A stretch of 64,000 bases of DNA from a candidate division LCP-89 bacterium B3_LCP (GTDB lineage Bacteria > Electryoneota > B3-LCP). The position numbers were made by a program, and so were the translations under genes. The notes under the pieces were generated by a model, which saw nothing but the letters and a program-made list of their open reading frames with translations, made no database searches and was not told the origin of the DNA. This document shows positions 48,988 through 57,837 of this stretch, in pieces. The stretch is taken from positions 1,321 through 65,320 of the forward strand of contig NJBN01000009.1 in NCBI GenBank assembly GCA_005223185.1. Direction: 5' to 3'. The stretch's first letter is position 1. The number at the start of each line of letters is the position of its first letter.

Positions 48988-50124
48988 ATGATACTAGATT
49001 TATTAGCATCTATCTTCAGGGAACCGGGAGAATGCGTTATCAAGGTCGGGAGTTCTGGCGAAGAGATAACTAGTCTATACCCATTCGTAAAGGAACTCAC
49101 CGTCGATTGCAGTCGTAGCGAACCGAGCCAGGCTAATCTCAAATTCGAGACGAGAAGGGACGAAAACGGAAAGTGGATTGTCCAGGATAGCGGAATTTTG
49201 GCTCCCTGGGAGCCCATCGTTATCGAAGCAGTTTTCGGAAGCACAACGGAAGAAATCATGCGCGGATACATTCGTGAAATAAACGCGGATTGCCCTGCGG
49301 AAGCCGGTGAATGCACCGTTACTGTAAAATGTCAGGACGAATCGTTGCAACTGGATCGTGAACACCCACGAACCACCTGGGGACAGGATGCTCCCACCAG
49401 CGACAGCGTCATTATCAATACGATTTTGAGCAACTATAGCCTTTCCCCTGCTCCTGATAATGAATCCGGTCAGGATGAACTGGTTATCAATCAGGACGAT
49501 ACAGACATCAAATTTCTGCAGCAGAGAGCGGAAGCCAATGGTTATGATCTGATGTTTCGTGAAGGGAGTGTTTATTTCGGTCCCATGCGGGTCGATGCGG
49601 AAGCTCAGGCGACAATTATGGTCTATGCTGGAACCGCGACCAACTGTTATAACATCAGTATAAAGGATGACGGGCACCAACCGGACAGTGTCAGCTTCGA
49701 CCGACCGAATACCACTGAACCGGGGAATGTCCCAGCGACCATCGAATCTGATCTCACAGAACTTGGGACAGATTCGACACTGGGACTGGGCGATGGGTTG
49801 AAGGATTTTTCCTGGCGGATGAAACAACAGGGCGGTATGAGTGAAGCGGAATGGACTGCGCGTGCTCAGAGGAAAGCCAATGAGTTGGCTATGAAAGTGA
49901 AGGCTCAGGGCGAACTTGATGGGTCTCTTTACGGACACGTTCTGCGCGCCGGTGAACCGGTCGGTGTGGATGGGGTTGGGGAGAGATATGGGGGAATTTA
50001 TCTAGTCGATACGGTAAAACATTTGTTCAACATGGATGGTTACCGCCAGACTTTCACATTGCTGCGAAATGCCTATGGGGATAATCTGGAGAGTTCAGGT
50101 GACCTGTTATCAGCGGTTCTCTAA
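48988..50124 (+). CDS. Phage late control D / gp27-like baseplate hub
   Basis: Q..TDIKFL..RA..NGY, GELDG..YG.VLRA...V.V.GVG..Y.G.Y.V..V.H....Y.Q.F.L.RN. Confidence 0.85.
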   Translation: MILDLLASIFREPGECVIKVGSSGEEITSLYPFVKELTVDCSRSEPSQANLKFETRRDENGKWIVQDSGILAPWEPIVIEAVFGSTTEEIMRGYIREINADCPAEAGECTVTVKCQDESLQLDREHPRTTWGQDAPTSDSVIINTILSNYSLSPAPDNESGQDELVINQDDTDIKFLQQRAEANGYDLMFREGSVYFGPMRVDAEAQATIMVYAGTATNCYNISIKDDGHQPDSVSFDRPNTTEPGNVPATIESDLTELGTDSTLGLGDGLKDFSWRMKQQGGMSEAEWTARAQRKANELAMKVKAQGELDGSLYGHVLRAGEPVGVDGVGERYGGIYLVDTVKHLFNMDGYRQTFTLLRNAYGDNLESSGDLLSAVL

Positions 50125-50133
50125 GGAGGTATA

Positions 50134-50946
50134 GTGGAAGAGGTACTTCTCCAATTAGCCAGGAGACTTCAGAATAAATACTATGGGAAGTATCGAGGTT
50201 TTGTGGTCGATAACGATGACCCGGAACAGTTGGGTAGAGTTCGACTATTGATACCGTCAGTCCTGGGTGAGACAGAGACGGGATGGGCGTTGCCCTGCCT
50301 CCCTTTCGGTGGTCTGGAAGATCAGGGTTTTTTCGCCGTTCCGGGAGTAGATGCACAAGTATGGGTGGAATTCGAGGAAGGCAACATTAACGCACCTATA
50401 TGGGTAGGAGTTTTCTGGCAGAACAGTGGTGAAATCCCCTCAGAAGGAGCCCTGAATCCGCCCACTACCACGGTGATTAAAACCTCTTCAGGGCACACTT
50501 TTCATTTCGATGATGAGGAGAATGCAGAAAAGATCTGTCTCATTCATAAATCAGGAGCGGAATTATGCATCGACGAGAATGGCACTGTAGTACTGAAAGA
50601 TGCGCAGAAAAACGCCCTGACTCTGGATGCTGACGGGACCACGATCACTTTAGAAGATGCCAATGGAAATACCTTATCGACAAGCTCTACCGGTATGACC
50701 CTGCAAGATTGCAACGGTAATAAGATAGATATGACTACTTCAGGGATCACCATCAAGGCACAGGAGATTACGGTCGAAGGAACGCAAGTTCTGTTGGCTG
50801 GTGCGGGTGGAGAACCGGTAATTAAAGGTCAGAGTTTCCTGACTCTTTTTGCAACTCATATTCATCCAACCGGCGTGGGTCCATCAGGCCCGCCGGTTCC
50901 TCAAGGTGAGATGAGCACCTTATCAATGAAGACGATGACAACCTAA
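50134..50946 (+). CDS. Baseplate spike (gp5/gpV OB-fold)
   Basis: YYGKYRGFVVDN.DPE.LGRV, WALPC.P, P.V...VWVEFE.G....PIW.G, beta-repeat stalk, C-terminal HIHP. Confidence 0.93.
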   Translation: MEEVLLQLARRLQNKYYGKYRGFVVDNDDPEQLGRVRLLIPSVLGETETGWALPCLPFGGLEDQGFFAVPGVDAQVWVEFEEGNINAPIWVGVFWQNSGEIPSEGALNPPTTTVIKTSSGHTFHFDDEENAEKICLIHKSGAELCIDENGTVVLKDAQKNALTLDADGTTITLEDANGNTLSTSSTGMTLQDCNGNKIDMTTSGITIKAQEITVEGTQVLLAGAGGEPVIKGQSFLTLFATHIHPTGVGPSGPPVPQGEMSTLSMKTMTT

Positions 50947-50957
50947 AGGGGCATTTA

Positions 50958-51347
50958 ATGTCTGCGAATAATAACCGCAACCTGGCCAATCCTGAATATC
51001 TTGCCTTTCCATTTCGAATTGACGAGGATGGAGGTGAGAAATGCGATCGGGCTGCGCATGTTCGTCAGCAAATAGAGCAGGTGTTATATACCAATCCTTA
51101 CGAAAGAATCTTTCGCCCTGAATTCGGTGTCGGTCTAAAGAAATTGGTGTTCGAGCCAAACTCATCGGCACTCGCTGAAATAACCAAAAAGCGATTACAA
51201 TCATCTTTAGCCGAAGCCCTTAAGGGCGAGGTCGATCCAAAAACCATTGTGGTGGATGTGAACCCTGATGAGGAAAAACTAATCATTAGTGTTTCATACA
51301 CATTGGCAACAATTGGAACGACGGAACAACACGAGTTTTTAATTTAA
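50958..51347 (+). CDS. GPW/gp25-family baseplate protein
   Basis: FPFRI, HVRQQIEQVL.T.P.ER..RPEFG.GL..LVFEPN. Confidence 0.93.
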   Translation: MSANNNRNLANPEYLAFPFRIDEDGGEKCDRAAHVRQQIEQVLYTNPYERIFRPEFGVGLKKLVFEPNSSALAEITKKRLQSSLAEALKGEVDPKTIVVDVNPDEEKLIISVSYTLATIGTTEQHEFLI

Positions 51348-51363
51348 CAGTCAGATATAACTT

Positions 51364-52554
51364 ATGGCACAAGCGCCCAAATCTACACTTAAATTCGAAG
51401 GCGGTTGCCCGGATTGCGGCGTTCGGGAGGTAGCGTTACCACCAGCACTTCCCCAAGTCGGTGATGACTTCGATTGGATGACGCGAGACTTTGATAGTTT
51501 TCGCCGTTTTATGCTTGAAGACCTGGCAGCAAGATTTCCCGAAAGAACCCGCTGGACTCCCGGGGATATGGAAGTGGTCATCATAGAAGTCATGGCTGCC
51601 GTCCTGGACCAGATTTCTGACATGGCTGACCGGGTGGCTGCTGAAGCTTATCTGGAAACCGCTCGTAATCCTAACTCCGTAAGGCGTCTTCTGCAGATGA
51701 TTGGCTATGATGCTGCCCTGTTAGCCGATCTAAAAGATGACGATTCTTCCTTAAGTAATAGCAAAACAAAAGAAGAGAAACTTGAGGCTCTCTGGCGACA
51801 AAATCCCACACTGATGGAAGAAGCCAGAAAAAAGGGCCCGCGACTGATAAAAACTCAGAAACGCATGGTAACCATAGAGGATTATGCTCAGCAATTGGAA
51901 GAACATCCCCTGGTATTGTGCGCTAACGCATCCAGCCACTGGAGTGGAAGTTGGACAACTCTGAAGGCTGCCGTAATCTGCTGGGGTGAAGATAATTATT
52001 TGGATGAATATTCAAATAAGTTAACCGAGCCTACGGAAGATCTGCAGAAGGAAGTTACTGAATTTCATAAGGAACGAAATATAACCACCCCTGATTGGAA
52101 TAGTGACACTTTGCCCACGATTCGCACCATTCTCCGGCCCTACATTGAAGGTTACCGGATGGTCGCACAGGAGGTCATTCTTATCGATGCCGTTCCTGTT
52201 GGAATCCAGATGTCAATTAGCGTTTTCATCAATGTGGATTATTATCAATCGGAAGTAAAACATGCAGTGGAACAGGCGTTGGGAACCGGACCGGAAGGTT
52301 TCTTCAAACCGGGACGGTTAGCTTTCGGTGAAGATTTGCACACCAGTGACATATATGAGAAACTGATGTCGTTGAATGGGATTGAAAATGTTTGTCTTAA
52401 CCGTTTCAAGAGGTTTGGAAATCAATACTTAGATCAATCCCGTACGGGAACCATAAAATTAGACGGTTTAGAAGTAGCTGTTTGCGACAACAATCCACAA
52501 AAACCCGAACGTGGTTTCTATCAACTGTTGCTGGAAGGGGGACGAAGAGGATGA
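51364..52554 (+). CDS. Baseplate J-like wedge protein
   Basis: DW..RDFDSFRR.ML, AAEAYLETAR...SVRRL...IGY, RMVT.EDY, FF.P..L.FG. Confidence 0.82.
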   Translation: MAQAPKSTLKFEGGCPDCGVREVALPPALPQVGDDFDWMTRDFDSFRRFMLEDLAARFPERTRWTPGDMEVVIIEVMAAVLDQISDMADRVAAEAYLETARNPNSVRRLLQMIGYDAALLADLKDDDSSLSNSKTKEEKLEALWRQNPTLMEEARKKGPRLIKTQKRMVTIEDYAQQLEEHPLVLCANASSHWSGSWTTLKAAVICWGEDNYLDEYSNKLTEPTEDLQKEVTEFHKERNITTPDWNSDTLPTIRTILRPYIEGYRMVAQEVILIDAVPVGIQMSISVFINVDYYQSEVKHAVEQALGTGPEGFFKPGRLAFGEDLHTSDIYEKLMSLNGIENVCLNRFKRFGNQYLDQSRTGTIKLDGLEVAVCDNNPQKPERGFYQLLLEGGRRG

Positions 52555-55500
52555 GTGAACGCTTCGATCTCACACGCTGGAATCGCGCCGGTTTGAGCCG
52601 CTTTCGATATTTAAACGGCAATGCGGTAACCCACCTTGAGGATCTACGTAAGGCATTTCTGGCTGTTGCGAAGTTCGCTGATTGGGACGTACTTTCAGCC
52701 ATCGAACCGGTAGAAGTCGTATCTCCGAACAGCGATGAGGGTGAAATCGCAGCCGCATCTGCCCCCAGGTGGCTGAATAGTAACCAGGTGCCCTCTGGTG
52801 AGACTGGAAAAAGCGAGACAGAATCTGAGAAGATTGAGCGTCTTTTAGAAAATTACAACCGCGAACGGGAAGATTGGGCTTGGGAAATCTCCAGGGCGTT
52901 CGCGCGGGCCTGTCACGTTTTAACTGAGCATGTTGATTGTTACGCCAATGAAGGATTCTTAGGCACTGCTACCCAGTGGGATAACGTCCGGCGCTTAGTA
53001 GAGATGATAGACTATCATCCGGCTCCACCAGCATCAGCTTCTACACCACTTATTATCAAAGCAAAAGAAGGACTAAGCGGTACTATCGAAGCTGGTTTTC
53101 AGGCTAAGTACGCGCCTTCCGATGGCAGTGAACCGCTGATCTTTGAGACTCTGGATGATCTGGAGGTGGATTCCCAAATCAACGAAATCCGCCCTCTGAA
53201 TTATAACCGCAATCAGGATACGCAAAGCGGTAAATCGTTCATTGTCGATGAGGTTATCGAAGACCTCGTCATCGGTGAGCCACTGGTTCTGGAGGATGAG
53301 AATAACGGGAATCTATTTGCACGGATAGTCACCGGTTTTAGTACAGAGGACACCGGGACGAGAATTACACTTGACCAAACGTTACCCGAACCCGAAGCTG
53401 ATGATTCCTTAACTAAAGGCTACATGAAAATCCATGCAATACCGAAAGACCGTCTCACCTTATTGGGACCAGCAGAAGAGGGCAACGTACAGCAACTTGA
53501 CACTCTTCACCTGACAACAGAGCCAGAGGAATTACTGCCTGAAATGGTTGTATATATCAGTGATGGTAATAATCACTATTACAGATTTATTTCCTCGCTT
53601 ACACAAAACTGTATAGAATTGAGTAACACAATAAGTGACCTCTATCTGAGTAAAGCCCAGGTCGGGCTACCGGTTCTTATATCTGCCACCAAGGTTACGG
53701 ACGGTGGAAGTGGTGTTAATTTGATTCAACCAATTGTCGAAAATATGGGCCAAGTCATTGAGGTTGGTGAGAACGTCGGAGCTGTATATAAAACGTCTTC
53801 CGCAAACATCAGCCTAAGCAGCAAGGGTAGTGAGAGCGGCAACATTGAGAATATGGGATTTAGTGTAGAGAACCTTCAAGCCGCCAAAGCTGGTGAGTCC
53901 GTTGAAGTTAAATCCAAAGTGCCTAATACAGGAAGAGACATAACTTTTCAGGTTGGTGAAGACGGCAGCGTTCAATATAAAGTAGCTGGAGATTGGGAAC
54001 GTTTGGCAGGAAAGAAAATTGCTATTGCTATGGAGAAGAATAATCCAATTAGTTTTGATTTAATTTCAGTCGATTATCATGAATGTGTCGAAAATGAATA
54101 CGATTCTCTCCGTGGTTATACTGTGTTTAAGATCGCTGATAATTCTAATTTGAACCCTGATCAGGACTTCTTAGTCCCCCCTGCAAATGACGGTGAGTGG
54201 AAAACCGATACGTTCCTCGAGAGAGATGACAATACCAATACTATTCCTTCCGGGATAACCACCGAGGAACCCCAGAAGACCTCTGCAGGAGACATTGCCG
54301 TAATCGTTCGCAATGGTGGATACGCCTGGGCACGTCTGGAGTCTGTTTCCCTGAATGCGGAGGATGAAGAAGCTAGTCTGACGGCTGAAAGTGGCAGAGA
54401 GGAGTATTGGAAGGAGTATCCGAATAAAAATAGTGAGCGTAGATTCTACCTGACTGAAACCACCGTATTCGGGCATTTTTCTAAGGAGCTTCGTATTCAC
54501 GATTGGCAAGTCAACAACCTATCGCTAACAGGCACGGACGTTTCCACCGAAACTGTTCCTGACTGTTTGGATAAGGGCAGGCGAGTTATCGTCGTCAATG
54601 AAGACAATAGCGATTTAACATTGGACACGACCGTAGCCGATATCCAGAATGATAATGATACTGATACTGTGATTTTGAGTGATCCGCTTCCTTCTGGTTT
54701 TACCTACGGAAATACTGTCCTGCGCGGAAATGTCGTAACGTGCGGACACGGTGAATCCAAGGGTGAGAAAGTGCTTGGCAGCGGTGATGCAACTCGGTCG
54801 AACCAGAGTTTCCTGTTTAAGGAAGAGGGCGTGTCCTTCACTGCTGATGCAACCCAACTTTCCGGTGTGCGAGCCGCCATAGATGTTCAAGTTAACGGGG
54901 AGACCTGGGAACAGGTTGGAAATCTGAATTACTCCGAACCAACGGACAAACAATATACTATTCGCATGGCTGAAGATGGTTACCTGCTGATAGGTTTCGG
55001 AGATGGCCGAAAGGGCAGGCGCCTACCCACAGGAACCAACAATGTCAGGCTCACCTACAGAAAGGGGGCCGGCCTAAGTGGGAACATAAGCGCGGGCGGT
55101 ATCACAAAACCGGCAAAACCGAATAGACTGGTGGATACTATTCAACAACCCTTCGCGGCGACAGGTGGCAATGATATGGAGGGGGTCGAGTCGCTACGTG
55201 AGAATGCTCCTGCCACCCTGCTAACACTGGAACGTGCAGTTTCCCTGACGGACTACAGCAATTTAGCTAACAGCCACAGCAGTGTCTGGCAGGCGAAAGC
55301 CTTTTCTCTTCCGACTGGTCTGGGCCGCAATGAGATAATTGAGGTAGTGGTTGTTCCTGCCAATGGGGGTTTGTTGGGCGATCTGAAAGAAACTCTTCGA
55401 AGTTATATCGCAGAATACTCATTGCCGAACGTCACCATATTAGTGGAAGATTATGAATCTATCAGTTTCTCTCTGGACGTGATTCTGAACGTCAACACAA

Positions 55501-56216
55501 CCGGCTATGACCCGGAAGAGGTTGTTGTAGCAGTAAAAGCAGCTCTGGAAGATGAATTCTCACTGAAAAATCGCAAACTGGGGCAGGCGGTTTACCTAAG
55601 TGAAGTGTACAAAATTGTCGAAGCTACTGCAGGGGTTGAGAATTCCAGAGCCGAACTTAACGAAGATCCGGACGCCCTGAAAATCCCCACGAATAACACG
55701 AATAACAAAAGAGCTGTGCAGATAATCGGCGAGTGCATTGTTACTTATGTTAGCTCTACAACCCAGACTAGCACCGGATTATCAGGACCAGGACCAACTT
55801 CACCACCGAGCGTTGTTCTATCCATCGGCGCGAGAGATCCCTCAATCATCCAGGGGATTGGCACGAAATACCAAAGCATTCTTGCCAGTCAGGGGGTAAG
55901 AACAATCGAAGGTTTGGCTAAACTCGATCCGGAGATTAGCATAGCAGGTATCGCCAGTACGAGACGTTGGTGGTTTAGCACCCGTGCCAGGATCATTCTG
56001 GAGTCTGAATTTGACAGCTCGCAGTTATACGCTCTTCAGAACTATTCCGTAATGGCTATATTACAAAGCCCAACCAGCGATCTATACAATTCCACAGGCC
56101 TCTCTACCGATGTAATCAGCGAGACGAAATCAAGTCTAAGGCGTTTGCAGAGTATTATCGATGACGAGGTTCTCGAACAGGTTACGTTGAGAGAATTATC
56201 AAAATCATCGCGTTAA
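52551..56216 (+). CDS. Large baseplate assembly protein with C-terminal helix-hairpin-helix-like domain
   Basis: ATGA-coupled start at 52551. YANEGFL.TA, GNV..CGHGE, LGSGDA, FGDG..G.RLPTG.NNV...YR.G.G..GN, ATGG, RAVSL.DY. Confidence 0.88.
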   Translation: MSERFDLTRWNRAGLSRFRYLNGNAVTHLEDLRKAFLAVAKFADWDVLSAIEPVEVVSPNSDEGEIAAASAPRWLNSNQVPSGETGKSETESEKIERLLENYNREREDWAWEISRAFARACHVLTEHVDCYANEGFLGTATQWDNVRRLVEMIDYHPAPPASASTPLIIKAKEGLSGTIEAGFQAKYAPSDGSEPLIFETLDDLEVDSQINEIRPLNYNRNQDTQSGKSFIVDEVIEDLVIGEPLVLEDENNGNLFARIVTGFSTEDTGTRITLDQTLPEPEADDSLTKGYMKIHAIPKDRLTLLGPAEEGNVQQLDTLHLTTEPEELLPEMVVYISDGNNHYYRFISSLTQNCIELSNTISDLYLSKAQVGLPVLISATKVTDGGSGVNLIQPIVENMGQVIEVGENVGAVYKTSSANISLSSKGSESGNIENMGFSVENLQAAKAGESVEVKSKVPNTGRDITFQVGEDGSVQYKVAGDWERLAGKKIAIAMEKNNPISFDLISVDYHECVENEYDSLRGYTVFKIADNSNLNPDQDFLVPPANDGEWKTDTFLERDDNTNTIPSGITTEEPQKTSAGDIAVIVRNGGYAWARLESVSLNAEDEEASLTAESGREEYWKEYPNKNSERRFYLTETTVFGHFSKELRIHDWQVNNLSLTGTDVSTETVPDCLDKGRRVIVVNEDNSDLTLDTTVADIQNDNDTDTVILSDPLPSGFTYGNTVLRGNVVTCGHGESKGEKVLGSGDATRSNQSFLFKEEGVSFTADATQLSGVRAAIDVQVNGETWEQVGNLNYSEPTDKQYTIRMAEDGYLLIGFGDGRKGRRLPTGTNNVRLTYRKGAGLSGNISAGGITKPAKPNRLVDTIQQPFAATGGNDMEGVESLRENAPATLLTLERAVSLTDYSNLANSHSSVWQAKAFSLPTGLGRNEIIEVVVVPANGGLLGDLKETLRSYIAEYSLPNVTILVEDYESISFSLDVILNVNTTGYDPEEVVVAVKAALEDEFSLKNRKLGQAVYLSEVYKIVEATAGVENSRAELNEDPDALKIPTNNTNNKRAVQIIGECIVTYVSSTTQTSTGLSGPGPTSPPSVVLSIGARDPSIIQGIGTKYQSILASQGVRTIEGLAKLDPEISIAGIASTRRWWFSTRARIILESEFDSSQLYALQNYSVMAILQSPTSDLYNSTGLSTDVISETKSSLRRLQSIIDDEVLEQVTLRELSKSSR

Positions 56217-56238
56217 TTATCAATTCCAGGAGTACCCT

Positions 56239-57834
56239 TTGAGTACAGAGCCGGAAAAGAAGGAGAAGATATTTCACCCCAAGATCGGGGATCAACTATT
56301 CCAGTTGCTACCCGAGGTGTATAGAACCCGAGATAACTCGACCGAGGATGCACCGGGTGATTTAGGTAGATATCTAGATGCTTGCGGTGAACTTTTAGAC
56401 TCGATCTATTATACCCTGGATCAGCGGTTGGCGGATTCATTCCCCGATGTTCCTGAAAAAGGATTGACCTGCCAAACCTGGCTTCTCCCTTACATGGCGC
56501 AGCTCCTGGATGCCAGGTTGACCTCCCCCGATGCGGACGGGAAACGCACAGAAGTGGCAAACGCCATTTTGTGGCGGCAGAGTAAGGGCACTTTTCCGTG
56601 CATCGAAAAGGTTGCCGAAGCAGTGGGGCGGCTTGACATTGAACCTCAGGAAGGTTGGAAACGGGTGGCTACCACAGCGCGGATCGGAATGCCATTACTG
56701 CGCTCGGAAGCATTGGGAATTCCGGAGGATTTCGATAATCCTTCATATATGGCTCATCCTAACTTCGCATCCCGGCATCCCGGCTTGCCTTCGGTGACCA
56801 TTGATTTTCGCAGGCCCTCCCATGCAATTCAGGTCGGTGAAGGTAAAGAGATCGCCAACCGTGAAGCGGTCACCAAGGAAACCAAATTAAAAGTCAAGGA
56901 CATATTCTGGTATCAATGCCATACGCATGTGTATCCCTGCTATCCTGGAACTTACGAAGACGTATCCAGACGAACTGTAGATGTTCGTACACCTTCGTGG
57001 AAACATGGTCATTATCACCCCAAGAGGTTACTGCTTTATGAACCGATTCCCGCAGGCTTTTTTGAATTTGGGGAAATCTATCCTGCAAAAAATATGGTGA
57101 TAACAGAATCCACCACCTTAGAGAATGCGGTCATCAAAGGTAAGATAACAGTTAAAAACGGAACTCTGACCCTGAAACGCTGTGCGGTTCGTGAGATAGA
57201 ATATAGCTCGAATTGGCAGAACAAAGGTGCTAAGGAACCGATATTCATTGCTGAAGACAGTCTGATCGGTTCCACAACTGCGAATATACCAGGGTTGGTG
57301 CTGATGGAGTACTGCACGGTATTGGATAATTTTGACTGCAATTACATTCGTGCAAGCGACTGTATTTTTAAGGGAGAACTTAACGTTTCGGGGAAGATAC
57401 TTGCTATAATAGATGAAAAGGGTATAAACAGATCAAACTGCGTCCGTTTTTCGAGGATTCCACAGGATACCTTTATACCGGGAATGGATGTCCATCCAGA
57501 ATCCTTTGATACGAACACTCACGAGCCGCCTATGTTTTATAAGACGATGGAATTCGAGAACAACGCCACATCCTATCATCCAATCGCCTTTGGTGATCCG
57601 GGGTGCGGGGTGCTGCACCCATCGACGCCGGATTCCATTAGGTTTGGCGCCGAAGATGGCGGAGAGATGGGCGCTTATCATTACAAACAGTATTGTCTGC
57701 GGGAAGCTGCTATATTGGATAAATTAAAGGATTTCCTGCCGGTTGGAATAGAAGCGGCTTTAATTCCCGATCACCGCCTAAACGAAAAGCCTTTATCCTG
57801 CGAAGATAAACCAGGAACCGAATCGACGGAGTAA
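56239..57834 (+). CDS. Baseplate wedge / tail protein of DUF6519-type CIS loci
   Basis: LFQLLP.VYR.RD, WLLPY.A.LL, R.EVANAI..R..KGT, GAEDGGEMGAYH, L.DFLP.G. TTG start with GGAG RBS. Confidence 0.8.
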   Translation: MSTEPEKKEKIFHPKIGDQLFQLLPEVYRTRDNSTEDAPGDLGRYLDACGELLDSIYYTLDQRLADSFPDVPEKGLTCQTWLLPYMAQLLDARLTSPDADGKRTEVANAILWRQSKGTFPCIEKVAEAVGRLDIEPQEGWKRVATTARIGMPLLRSEALGIPEDFDNPSYMAHPNFASRHPGLPSVTIDFRRPSHAIQVGEGKEIANREAVTKETKLKVKDIFWYQCHTHVYPCYPGTYEDVSRRTVDVRTPSWKHGHYHPKRLLLYEPIPAGFFEFGEIYPAKNMVITESTTLENAVIKGKITVKNGTLTLKRCAVREIEYSSNWQNKGAKEPIFIAEDSLIGSTTANIPGLVLMEYCTVLDNFDCNYIRASDCIFKGELNVSGKILAIIDEKGINRSNCVRFSRIPQDTFIPGMDVHPESFDTNTHEPPMFYKTMEFENNATSYHPIAFGDPGCGVLHPSTPDSIRFGAEDGGEMGAYHYKQYCLREAAILDKLKDFLPVGIEAALIPDHRLNEKPLSCEDKPGTESTE

Positions 57835-57837
57835 GTC

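Noticed and set aside
49075..49938. 287-aa antisense ORF
   Set aside because: Lies wholly opposite the conserved late control D gene and has no recognisable motifs.
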